Below are positions 16,584-24,604 of a stretch of 36,058 bases of DNA, piece after piece. The stretch is from a virus (lineage: Duplodnaviria; Caudoviricetes), in the IMG/VR virus record IMGVR_UViG_3300026825_000020, positions 1 through 36,058 of that record. One strand, given 5' to 3'. Under the pieces are notes generated by a model. It was given only the letters and a program-made list of their open reading frames with translations. It made no database searches and was not told the origin of the DNA. A program made the translations under genes and the position numbers. Positions within the stretch are counted from its first letter, which is position 1; each line of letters opens with the position of its first letter.

Positions 16584-18243
16584 CCAAACCGCGCTCCTCG
16601 ACCGCTGGGGCAACCCGATCCGCCGCCAGACCCTGACGGAGGAGATCGCGCGCCCCTCGGTCACGGGCATCCGGTCGCCGCTGACGGGCTACCCGGCCGA
16701 CGGCCTGACGCCGGTCCGCCTTGCCGCGATCCTGCGCGAGGCGGACGCGGGCGATCCCGTACGATACCTCGAACTGGCGGAAACCATCGAGGAGCGCGAC
16801 CTGCACTATCTGGGCGTGCTCGGGACGCGAAAGCGCAACGTCAGCCAGCTCGAGATCACCGTGGAGGCGGCGACCGACGACCAGCGGGGCGAGGACCACG
16901 CCGAGCAGGTCCGTGAATGGCTCATGCGCGGCGAGCTGGCCGAGGAGCTCTTCGACATCCTCGACGCCATCGGGAAGGGCTACAGCTTCACCGAGATCGT
17001 GTGGGACACGTCGTCTGGCCAGTGGCTGCCGGAGCGCCTGGAATGGCGCGATCCCCGCTGGTTCCGCTTCGACCGCGCCGACCTCAGGACCCCGCGGCTC
17101 CTCGACGACAACGGCGCGGAAATTCCCCTGCCGGGGGGCAAGTTCATCTTCGCGGAGATGAAGGCGAAGTCCGGGCTCGGGCTGCGTTCCGGCCTCGCAC
17201 GGGCCGCAGCATGGGCCTGGATGTTCAAGGCCTACACCCAGCGCGACTGGGCGATCTTCACCCAGACCTACGGCCAGCCGCTGCGCGTCGGCAAGTACGG
17301 ACCCGAGGCGAGCGAGGCCGACAAGGACACGCTCTTCACCGCGGTCGCCAACATCGCCGGCGACTGCGCAGCGATCATCCCGCAGTCGATGATGATCGAG
17401 TTCGTGGAGGCGCGTTCGGCCGGGGCGACGACCGAGCTCTACGAGAAGCGGGCCGACTGGCTCGACCGGCAGGTATCGAAGGCCGTGCTCGGGCAGACCG
17501 CGACGACCGACGCCGAGGTGGGGGGGCTGGGGTCGGCCCGCGAGCACCGGCAGGTCCAGGAGGACATCGAGCGCGCCGACGCGCGGCGTCTCGAAGCGAT
17601 CCTGAACCGCGACCTGATCTCCGTCTGGATGCAGCTCGAGCACGGACCTGGCGTGAAGCCGCCGCGCCTGCGGATCGGCAGACCGCAGGAGGAGGACGTC
17701 ACGGCGACCGTCGACGCCGTGGCCCGTCTCGTGCCGCTCGGCCTGCGGGTCTCGCAGGCCGAACTGCGCGACAAGCTGGGTCTGGCGCGACCCGACGGAG
17801 AGGACGAGATCCTGACCGGCTCGGCTCCCGTCGCGGCCGCAGGAGCCCCGGACGATACGTCTCGGACCGAGGGCGTGGCTCCCAACCCGTCCATTAAACG
17901 GGTTTCCGGCGATTTTAAACGGGGTCCGGGCTCCGGACGGGTCGAGGGTGCCCCCCCGGCCGAGTCGGCCCTCCTGAGCGAAAAAACCCGGGGGTCCGGT
18001 CCGGCCGACGCGACCGACGCGCTGACGGACCGTCTCGAGCGCGAGGCGGCGCCCGCCGTCGAGGAGCTGATCGGGCGTATCGAGGCGATGGTGGACGCCG
18101 CGCGGGACTTCGACGAACTCGCCGCGCTCATCCGCGAAGGGTTCCCGGCGCTCGACGCCCGATCGCTCGGCCAGGTGTTCGCCATGGCCCTTCTGGCGGC
18201 CCATGCGGGCGGGCGCGCGGCCGCCGAGGAGGACAGCGCATGA
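16576..18243 (+). CDS. Portal protein (DUF935 / Mu gp29-like)
   Basis: LDAIGKGYS..EIVW, YGQPLRVGKY, SKAVLGQT; follows terminase. Confidence 0.93.
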   Translation: MGSQTALLDRWGNPIRRQTLTEEIARPSVTGIRSPLTGYPADGLTPVRLAAILREADAGDPVRYLELAETIEERDLHYLGVLGTRKRNVSQLEITVEAATDDQRGEDHAEQVREWLMRGELAEELFDILDAIGKGYSFTEIVWDTSSGQWLPERLEWRDPRWFRFDRADLRTPRLLDDNGAEIPLPGGKFIFAEMKAKSGLGLRSGLARAAAWAWMFKAYTQRDWAIFTQTYGQPLRVGKYGPEASEADKDTLFTAVANIAGDCAAIIPQSMMIEFVEARSAGATTELYEKRADWLDRQVSKAVLGQTATTDAEVGGLGSAREHRQVQEDIERADARRLEAILNRDLISVWMQLEHGPGVKPPRLRIGRPQEEDVTATVDAVARLVPLGLRVSQAELRDKLGLARPDGEDEILTGSAPVAAAGAPDDTSRTEGVAPNPSIKRVSGDFKRGPGSGRVEGAPPAESALLSEKTRGSGPADATDALTDRLEREAAPAVEELIGRIEAMVDAARDFDELAALIREGFPALDARSLGQVFAMALLAAHAGGRAAAEEDSA

Positions 18244-18629
18244 ACGCCAGACCGATCGTCGCCGCCGTTCTCGGCATCGCCCTGGCCGCGCCGCCTGCCG
18301 CCGGCAGCGACACCGTCAGGTGGGGCAGGGACGACGCCGCCTTCGCCCGGCTCGGTCCGACGGACGCCCCCGGCGCCGTGGCCGAGCTCGTCTTCCGCAA
18401 CGACGAGCGGCACAGCAGCTACCACGAGGCGACGCTCGAGATCGCCGGGCTTTCGGTCCGCATCGAGCTCTTCGTCAACGTCCCAGGACCGATCCGCGGC
18501 GGCAGCTCGCCGGACCGGATCGTCGTCCACGTTCCCGACGGTCTGATCGCCGAGCCGCCGGAGGCGATCGTGCCCGAGGGCGAGACCCTGCGGGTGCTGA
18601 TCTACCCCCTCGAGGCCGTCGGCATGTGA
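18240..18629 (+). CDS. Predicted secreted beta-rich protein inserted between portal and MuF
   Basis: GAGGAGG upstream, ATGA overlap; signal peptide MNARPIVAAVLGIALAAPPAAG. Confidence 0.75.
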   Translation: MNARPIVAAVLGIALAAPPAAGSDTVRWGRDDAAFARLGPTDAPGAVAELVFRNDERHSSYHEATLEIAGLSVRIELFVNVPGPIRGGSSPDRIVVHVPDGLIAEPPEAIVPEGETLRVLIYPLEAVGM

Positions 18630-18638
18630 GCCGCCTCG

Positions 18639-19832
18639 ATGGCCGATCTCTCCGCCACCTTCCGCAAGCCCTTCGCCGAGCAGGTGGCGGCGTTCCGCCT
18701 CCGGCTCGGAAACCTCGTGCCGACGCGGCGCTGGGACGACATCAGCCGCAGCGCGCACGACCGTGCCTTCATGGTCGCCGGCGCGATGAAGGCCGACCTG
18801 CTCGCCGATCTCGCCGCAGCCGTCGACCGGGCGGTTGCCGAGGGCACGAGCCTCGAGGAGTTCCGCCGCGACTTCCGGCGGATCGTCGAGGAGCGCGGCT
18901 GGCACGGCTGGACGGGGGAAGGGACGAAGCGCGGCGAGGCCTGGCGGACCCGCGTGATCTACCGCACCAATCTCGCGACGAGCTACGCGGCCGGCCGCAT
19001 GGCGCAGCTCGTCGAGGGCAACTTCGCCTACTGGGTCTACCGACACGGCGGCTCGCGGGAGCCGCGCGAGATCCACCTGTCGTGGAACGGTCTGGTGCTT
19101 CCGCCCGACCATCCCTTCTGGCAGACCCACGCGCCGCCGAACGGCTGGGGGTGCAGCTGCTACATCGTCGGCGCGAGGAACCTCCGCACCGCGCGCCGCC
19201 TCGGCGGGGATCCGGACCGCAGGCTGCCGGAGAACTGGCAGCAGACCGATCCGCGGACGGGCGCCCCGAGGGGCATCGACCGCGGATGGGACTACGCGCC
19301 CGGCGCGACCGCAACCGACGCGATCCTGACGCTCCGGCCGAAGCTCGACCTGCTCCCGCCGAGGCCCTCGGTCGACCTGATCCAGGAGTGGCTGCGATCG
19401 AGCCTCTTCGAGGCCTGGTTGGCGGCGCCCCGGGGATCCTGGCCGCTCGTCAGGCTCCCCGAGGCCGACGCGGCCCGGATCGGGGCGACGAAGACGGTCG
19501 CGGACCTCTCGGCCGAGACCGCCGGCAAGCAGGCACGCAGTCACCCGGAGATCACCGCCGCGGAGTACGCCGAGGCGCAGCGGGTCGTCGAACAGGCAAC
19601 CGCGAGCTTCGTCGACACCGACCCCCGGACCCAGCGGCGCAGCCTGATCTACGTGCTCGACGAGACGACGGAAGCCGCCGGCGGATACGTGCTCATCGTG
19701 AAGGCGACGCTGAGCGGCAAGGGTCTCTTCGTCACGAGCTTCCGGCGGCTTTCGCGCAAGGCGGCGCTGAAGGATGCAGAGGTCGGACGTCTGCTGCGCA
19801 CGCGCCGCCGCGGCAATCCTGCCCCGGAATGA
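18639..19832 (+). CDS. MuF (gp30) minor head protein with C-terminal BECR/PBECR2-like nuclease extension
   Basis: HDRAFMVAGA, H.SWNGLVLP.DHPFW..H.PPNGWGCSC, GIDRGWDYAPG; C-terminal LSAETAGKQARSHPEITAAEY...VKAT.SGKGLFVTSFRR. Confidence 0.88.
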   Translation: MADLSATFRKPFAEQVAAFRLRLGNLVPTRRWDDISRSAHDRAFMVAGAMKADLLADLAAAVDRAVAEGTSLEEFRRDFRRIVEERGWHGWTGEGTKRGEAWRTRVIYRTNLATSYAAGRMAQLVEGNFAYWVYRHGGSREPREIHLSWNGLVLPPDHPFWQTHAPPNGWGCSCYIVGARNLRTARRLGGDPDRRLPENWQQTDPRTGAPRGIDRGWDYAPGATATDAILTLRPKLDLLPPRPSVDLIQEWLRSSLFEAWLAAPRGSWPLVRLPEADAARIGATKTVADLSAETAGKQARSHPEITAAEYAEAQRVVEQATASFVDTDPRTQRRSLIYVLDETTEAAGGYVLIVKATLSGKGLFVTSFRRLSRKAALKDAEVGRLLRTRRRGNPAPE

Positions 19833-19836
19833 AGAA

Positions 19837-19953
19837 GGGGCGGCACCTGGACCGCCCCGCGGACGCTGCGCGGTGGGCTCCCCTGACCACCGACGGAACC
19901 TTCGGACCCCAGGCCGGTCCTCAGCGAATGCCGGGAGACTTTGCCGCAGCGCC
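19837..19953 (+). ncRNA. Candidate structured RNA (multi-stem junction with pseudoknot)
   Basis: GGGGCGG/CCGCCCC (19837-43/19852-58); CGCTGCG/CGCAGCG (19864-70/19945-51); CGGTGG/CCACCG (19871-76/19887-92); GGACC/GGTCC (19904-08/19916-20); loop CTCCC (19878-82) complementary to GGGAG (19933-37). Confidence 0.45.
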
Positions 19954-19971
19954 TTCACCGGAGATATGGGC

Positions 19972-20466
19972 ATGATCACCATCGAACTCAAGGAAGACCG
20001 CGTGGGTCCCGCCCTCGACAGGCTCGCCGCACTGCTCGACGACCTGACGCCCGTGATGCGGCAGATCGGCCAGTACCTGGTCGACTCGACCAGGGAGCGG
20101 TTTCCGACCGGAACGGCGCCCGACGGCAGCCGATGGGCGTCGAAGTCGCCGACGACGCTGGCCCGCTACGGCGCGCGCAGGTCGAACCGCGTCGACCCCC
20201 GGCCGCTCTACGGTCCGTCGAGGGCGCTATCGACGCAGATCTTCGCCGAGAGCGGCCGCGACAGCGTGGCGGTCGGGTCGAACCGCATCTATGCCGCGGT
20301 CATGCAGTTCGGCGCGGCGCGCGGCGCCTTCGGGCAGACGCGCCGCGGCGCGCCGATCCCCTGGGGGCCGATCCCGGCCCGGCCGTTCCTGGGGCTCTCG
20401 GCCGAAGACGAGGCGGAGATCCTCGAAATCACCGCGGACTGGATCGCCGACATCGCCGGTTCCTGA
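19972..20466 (+). CDS. Virion morphogenesis protein (Mu gpG / gp31-like)
   Basis: RF...TAPDG..W...SP.T, VGSNRIYAAVMQFG, IPARPFLGLS; GGAG upstream (ATG 19966 also possible). Confidence 0.9.
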   Translation: MITIELKEDRVGPALDRLAALLDDLTPVMRQIGQYLVDSTRERFPTGTAPDGSRWASKSPTTLARYGARRSNRVDPRPLYGPSRALSTQIFAESGRDSVAVGSNRIYAAVMQFGAARGAFGQTRRGAPIPWGPIPARPFLGLSAEDEAEILEITADWIADIAGS

Positions 20467-20550
20467 CGGCCGGCCAGCTGCGGCCTTGACGCCGGGCGCC
20501 TGTCGCGGGCAGGCTCGGAATGTCTTCCGTCGCCCGTCCCGCTGCCGTGC

Positions 20551-20573
20551 CCCCGCAAACCCTTGCGGGTGTT
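20551..20573 (+). promoter_or_regulatory. Putative late-activator binding site 2 (head-tail promoter)
   Basis: CCCCGCAAACCCTTGCGGGTGTT upstream of the protease gene, where Mu has its PI promoter. Confidence 0.75.
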
Positions 20574-20604
20574 CGCGCGAGCCCGCCGCGGCGAGAGTGG
20601 CGGC

Positions 20605-21660
20605 ATGACGCTGCACGATGTCCCTCTCGTGGCGCTTGGCGCCGCCAATGCCCTGCCCGACGGCGCCGGGATCCCCGAGTGGATCCACCTGCTGCCGGCC
20701 GGGCGGGTCGAGACCTACGACGGCCGCGGGCCCTACGCGGCGGCCGATCTCGCGGCGATCGTGGCCGCCTCGATGGACTACAAGGCGCGCATCGTCGTCG
20801 ACGAGAACCACGCGACCGATCTTGCCGCCAAGCAGGGCCTGCCGGCTCCCGCAAAGGGCTACATCGTCGCGATGGAGGCGCGCGCAGACGGGATCTGGGC
20901 CCAGGTCGACTGGACGGCCGCCGGCCGGGCGCTGCTCGCCGACCGCGCCTACTGGGGCATCAGCCCGGTGTTCCACCACACCAAGGACGGCCGCGTCGTG
21001 CGCATCCTGCGCGCGGCGCTCACCAACGACCCCGCCCTGCGCGGGCTGACCGCACTTTCCAGCGAAACGGAGGCCTCGATGGTCGACATGAAGAAACTCG
21101 CCAGGGCGCTCGACCTGGCGGAGGACGCCGACGAGGAAGCGATCCTCGCGGCGATCGCCAGGATGAAGGAGAAGTCCGCCGAGACGATGCCCGCCGAGAC
21201 GCTGGCAGAGCTCGGGCGGATCTTCGGCGTGGAGGGCGACGCCACGGCAGTGCTGGCCGCGGCGAAGCTCGCCAAGGCGGCCGGCGGGTCGGCGCAGGAT
21301 CTCGCGACGCAGCTCGCCGCGGTGCGCAGCGAGCTCGACGCACTCAAGTCGGCCGCGCTGAGGGCCGCCTCCGAGGCCTATGTCGACCAGGCGCTGCGCG
21401 AGGGGCGCGCGGGCGTGAACGCGGGCAACCGCGACGAGCTGGTCGCGCTCCACATGGAACATCCCGCAGTGGTCGAGAAGCTGATCGGCGCCGCGCCGAG
21501 GCTTGCCGGCGATCTTGCCCGCCGCGCCGCCGCGCCGCCGCCGAAGGCCGGTGAGGTCGCCCTGACCGAAGAGCAGCTCGCGGTCGCCGCCGCGCTCGGC
21601 ATCGCCGCCAAGGACTACGCAACCACGCTCGCCGCCGAGCGCAACGGGGAGACCGCCTGA
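20605..21660 (+). CDS. Mu gpI-like prohead protease/scaffold
   Basis: WIHLLPAG, DGRGP, VDENHA, APAKGYI, VDWT..G, Y..ISPVF, ALTNDPAL. Confidence 0.92.
   Translation: MTLHDVPLVALGAANALPDGAGIPEWIHLLPAGRVETYDGRGPYAAADLAAIVAASMDYKARIVVDENHATDLAAKQGLPAPAKGYIVAMEARADGIWAQVDWTAAGRALLADRAYWGISPVFHHTKDGRVVRILRAALTNDPALRGLTALSSETEASMVDMKKLARALDLAEDADEEAILAAIARMKEKSAETMPAETLAELGRIFGVEGDATAVLAAAKLAKAAGGSAQDLATQLAAVRSELDALKSAALRAASEAYVDQALREGRAGVNAGNRDELVALHMEHPAVVEKLIGAAPRLAGDLARRAAAPPPKAGEVALTEEQLAVAAALGIAAKDYATTLAAERNGETA
21079..21660 (+). CDS. Nested in-frame scaffold protein (Mu gpZ-like)
   Basis: GGAGG at 21069-21073 before in-frame ATG 21079 (or 21088), right after the protease domain; Mu makes Z from an internal start in I. 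Confidence 0.6.
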   Translation: MVDMKKLARALDLAEDADEEAILAAIARMKEKSAETMPAETLAELGRIFGVEGDATAVLAAAKLAKAAGGSAQDLATQLAAVRSELDALKSAALRAASEAYVDQALREGRAGVNAGNRDELVALHMEHPAVVEKLIGAAPRLAGDLARRAAAPPPKAGEVALTEEQLAVAAALGIAAKDYATTLAAERNGETA

Positions 21661-22091
21661 TGCCCGCCCTGACCGCGAACCGCAACACGCCCGAGGCGCT
21701 CGGCCCGGTCCGCCAGGGCCTGCTCGGCGCCAGCCAGACGATCTTCCAGGGCGCGATCCTCATGAGGAACGCCGCGGGCCAGCTCGTGAGGGGCGCGACC
21801 GCGACCGGCGCCTTCGGCGTCGGCCGGGCCGAGGAGCCGAAGACCTCCACCGCCGCCGGGGTGACCCCGGTGACCTACAAGCCGGGGATCTTCCGCTTCG
21901 ACAACTCCGCCGCGGCCGACCAGATCACCGCCGCCGACATCGGCACGGTCTGCTTCATCGTCGACGACCAGACCGTCGCCAGGACGAACGGCAGCAGCAC
22001 GCGCTCGCCCGCCGGCGTCGTCGACAGCGTCGATGCGCAGGGCGTCTGGGTCCGTTTCGACGAGGCGCTGACCCGCGCCGTCCTCTCCTAA
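21660..22091 (+). CDS. Head decoration/cement-like protein
   Basis: Between scaffold and capsid; IFQGAI, ADIG..CFIVDDQTV, GVWV. Confidence 0.75.
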   Translation: MPALTANRNTPEALGPVRQGLLGASQTIFQGAILMRNAAGQLVRGATATGAFGVGRAEEPKTSTAAGVTPVTYKPGIFRFDNSAAADQITAADIGTVCFIVDDQTVARTNGSSTRSPAGVVDSVDAQGVWVRFDEALTRAVLS

Positions 22092-22103
22092 GGAGCTTCC
22101 GAC

Positions 22104-22997
22104 ATGATCATCTCGCAGGCCAACCTCGACGCGCTCCGCGTCGGCTTCAAGACCGAGTTCCAGCGCGGGCTCGGCATGGCCCCGCCGCTCAAGGACCGGG
22201 TGGCGATGACCGTCCGCTCGACCACGTTCGAGAACCGCTACGGCTGGCTGAAGAAGCTGACCGGGATGCGGGAGTGGATCGGGCCGCGCCTCGTCGACAA
22301 CATCTCGGAGGCGAGCTACACGATCGCGAACAAGCACTTCGAGAAGACGATCGCGGTCGACCGCAACGACATCGAGGACGACAACCTCGGCCAGTACGCG
22401 GCGATGTTCGCGGAGATGGGCGAGGTCACCGCCGCGCATCCCGAGATCCTCGTCTGGGGCCTGCTCGCGGCGGGCTTCACGACCGAGTGCTGGGACGGGC
22501 AGTTCTTCTTCGACACCGACCATCCCATCACCGACGCCGCCGGCAACGAGACCGTCTTCGCCAACACCGACGGCGGCTCGGGCACGCCCTGGTTCCTGCT
22601 CTGCACCAACCGCACGGTGAAGCCGATCATCTACCAGGAGCGCAAGGCGCCGGAGTTCGTGAACAAGGACCGGCCCACCGACGACAACGTCTTCGAGCGG
22701 CGCGAGTTCGTCTACGGCGTCGACATGCGCTGCAACGTGGGCTACGGCTTCCCGCAGATGGCCTGGGGCTCCCGGCAGACGCTCAATGCCGCCAACTACG
22801 CTGTGGGCCGGGCCGCGATCATGAACATGAAGGGCGACGGCGGGCGGCCCCTGGGCCTCATCCCGAACCTGCTGGTCGTGCCGCCCTCGCTCGAGGGCGC
22901 GGGCCGGCAGATCCTCCAGTCGCAGCTGGTGAACGGCGGCGAGAGCAACCAGTGGGCCGGCACGGCCGAGCTGCTCGTCGTTCCGTGGCTGAGCTGA
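22104..22997 (+). CDS. Major capsid protein (Mu gpT-like)
   Basis: TAAGGAG upstream; YGWL...MREWIG.R, DIEDD.LG.Y, DGQFFFDTDHP, KPIIYQER, LVVPPSLE. Confidence 0.95.
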   Translation: MIISQANLDALRVGFKTEFQRGLGMAPPLKDRVAMTVRSTTFENRYGWLKKLTGMREWIGPRLVDNISEASYTIANKHFEKTIAVDRNDIEDDNLGQYAAMFAEMGEVTAAHPEILVWGLLAAGFTTECWDGQFFFDTDHPITDAAGNETVFANTDGGSGTPWFLLCTNRTVKPIIYQERKAPEFVNKDRPTDDNVFERREFVYGVDMRCNVGYGFPQMAWGSRQTLNAANYAVGRAAIMNMKGDGGRPLGLIPNLLVVPPSLEGAGRQILQSQLVNGGESNQWAGTAELLVVPWLS

Positions 22998-23013
22998 GGC
23001 TGAGGTGCAGGCC

Positions 23014-23283
23014 ATGAGCGCGGGCAGGGTGAGGAAGAGCACGTCGGGGCCCGCTTCCCGAAAGGGCGGTCGGGCCGCCGCGGAGGGCGCCGGAGGCAAG
23101 CCCACTCCGGCCGCGGCCGGAGGGGTCGTCCGCGTGACCGGGCCGGCACGGGGCCGCTGGCGGATCGGCCGCCATTTCGGGCCCGAGGCGGTCGAGATCG
23201 CGCTCGCCGACCTGAGCGAGGAGGAGCGTGCGCGCCTCGAGGCCGATCCCGCCCTGACGATCGAGATCGTCGGCGGAGCCTGA
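23014..23283 (+). CDS. Mu gp35 / HI1506-like small protein
   Basis: RWRIGRHFG...LSEEERARLEADPALTI motif; directly after capsid. Confidence 0.7.
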   Translation: MSAGRVRKSTSGPASRKGGRAAAEGAGGKPTPAAAGGVVRVTGPARGRWRIGRHFGPEAVEIALADLSEEERARLEADPALTIEIVGGA

Positions 23284-23289
23284 CGACAG

Positions 23290-23370
23290 CGGCGCCCGGA
23301 TGGCAGACCGGGCGCCGAGCAGCCGGCGGGGCGGCCGTGCATCCCCTGTAGCCGTCCCGGCCCCGCCGGC
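23290..23370 (+). other. Tandem strong hairpins
   Basis: CGGCGCCCGG/CCGGGCGCCG (23290-99/23308-17) and GCCGGCGGGGC/GCCCCGCCGGC (23322-32/23360-70). Confidence 0.6.
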
Positions 23371-23391
23371 ACCAGCGAGAGGACTGCAGCG

Positions 23392-23574
23392 ATGACCCAC
23401 CCCGCGACCCTGACCCGCCCCGCCGCCGACCGGGAGACGGTGGCGGCCGTGCGGGCCGCCGGGCAGGCCTTCCTCGATCTGCTCGAGGATATGCCCCAGG
23501 GCCGGGAGATCTGGCGCGCGCGAACGAAGATCGAGGAGGCCGTCATGTGGGCGGTCAAGGGGATCGAGTCCTGA
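23392..23574 (+). CDS. Acb2/Tad1-like helical-hairpin protein (putative immune-signal sponge)
   Basis: GAGAGGA upstream; 60 aa; GREIWRARTKIEEAVMWAVKGI resembles the RE..A.TK.EEA.MW motif of that family. Confidence 0.55.
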   Translation: MTHPATLTRPAADRETVAAVRAAGQAFLDLLEDMPQGREIWRARTKIEEAVMWAVKGIES

Positions 23575-24005
23575 TGCCGTACTGCACGCTCCAGGATCTG
23601 ACGGACCGGTTCGGCGAACGTGCGCTCGTCGCGCTGACCGACCGCGGGCCCTTCGCCCAGGAACAGATCGACCTCGCCGTCGTGGACCGCGCGATCGCCG
23701 ACACCGACGCGACGATCGACGCCTATCTCTCGAAGCGCTACGCCCTGCCGCTCGCGCCGGCCCAGCCGCTCGTCCGCGACATCGCCCTCGCGATCGCGTT
23801 CTGGAAGCTCCATACACATGCACCCGATCCGAAGGTCGAGGCCGACTACCGCGAGGCGCTCCGGCAGCTCCAGCAGCTCGCCCAGGGCACGATGCTTCTC
23901 GCCGCGGCCGGTGTTCCGGAGGCCGCCGGCACCGGAGGCACCGGGGCACGCCTGACCGACCGGGCCAGGCCCTTCACCGAGGACAATCTGAGGGGCTTCG
24001 TCTGA
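23574..24005 (+). CDS. Head-tail adaptor (Mu gp36 / DUF1320)
   Basis: YCTLQDL..RFGE..L..LTDR, IDAYL..RY.LPL, Y.EA...L. Confidence 0.9.
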   Translation: MPYCTLQDLTDRFGERALVALTDRGPFAQEQIDLAVVDRAIADTDATIDAYLSKRYALPLAPAQPLVRDIALAIAFWKLHTHAPDPKVEADYREALRQLQQLAQGTMLLAAAGVPEAAGTGGTGARLTDRARPFTEDNLRGFV

Positions 24006-24439
24006 TGCTCGGCTTCGTCATGGAGAGGCTGGCCGAGCGCGTTCCGGAGCTGAGGGGGCGGCTCTATGCGGCTGCCGATCTGCAGGCGATCCTCTCCGGG
24101 GCGGCGACGGCACCGCAGGGCGTGTCGGCGCATGTCCTCCCCGCGGGGCTCTCGGCGCGCGGCGGCGAGTCGGCCGCGGGACTGTTCACGCAGATCGTCG
24201 ACGAGGTGGTGAGCGTGCTCGTCGTCTACCGCCACGCTGGCGCGGCCGGAGAGCGCGCCGCGCCGGAAATCCGCGACATGCGGATGCGCATCATCGCCGC
24301 CCTCGCCGGTTCGGCGCCAGAGGACATCGCGGGGGACTTCGTGTTCCGCGCGGCGCGGCTGCAGCCGCCGCTGCAGGGCGGCACGCTTCTCGACCAGATC
24401 GACTTCTCGATCCAGGACCAGCTGAGGATCACGCCATGA
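24005..24439 (+). CDS. Tail terminator / neck protein (gp37-like)
   Basis: Position after gp36; size 144 aa; IIAALAG motif. Confidence 0.7.
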   Translation: MLGFVMERLAERVPELRGRLYAAADLQAILSGAATAPQGVSAHVLPAGLSARGGESAAGLFTQIVDEVVSVLVVYRHAGAAGERAAPEIRDMRMRIIAALAGSAPEDIAGDFVFRAARLQPPLQGGTLLDQIDFSIQDQLRITP

Positions 24440-24603
24440 GCGAAACCCCGAGCGATCCGCTTCCCCAGACCGGAGGCGCCTGGGTGCGCGACCCCGACGG
24501 CAGCCTGCGCAGGGAGGGCGCGTCCGAGCCCGAGAAAACAACCCGCCGGGGCCGGGGACCCGGCCGTCAAGGCGGCGTTGAAGCGCCCGTGAAGGAGGCC
24601 TGA
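24436..24603 (+). CDS. Small hypothetical protein (55 aa, not in ORF track)
   Basis: GAGGA upstream, ATGA overlap; MSETPSDPLPQTGGAWVRDPDGSLRR...VKEA; fills the gap to the tail tube exactly. Confidence 0.6.
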   Translation: MSETPSDPLPQTGGAWVRDPDGSLRREGASEPEKTTRRGRGPGRQGGVEAPVKEA

Positions 24604-24604
24604 G

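Noticed and set aside
9182-19858. Shared GGGGCGGCA...CCGCCCC hairpin at 9182 and 19837 as a repeat family
   Set aside because: Only two short GC-rich copies with different loops; could be chance.
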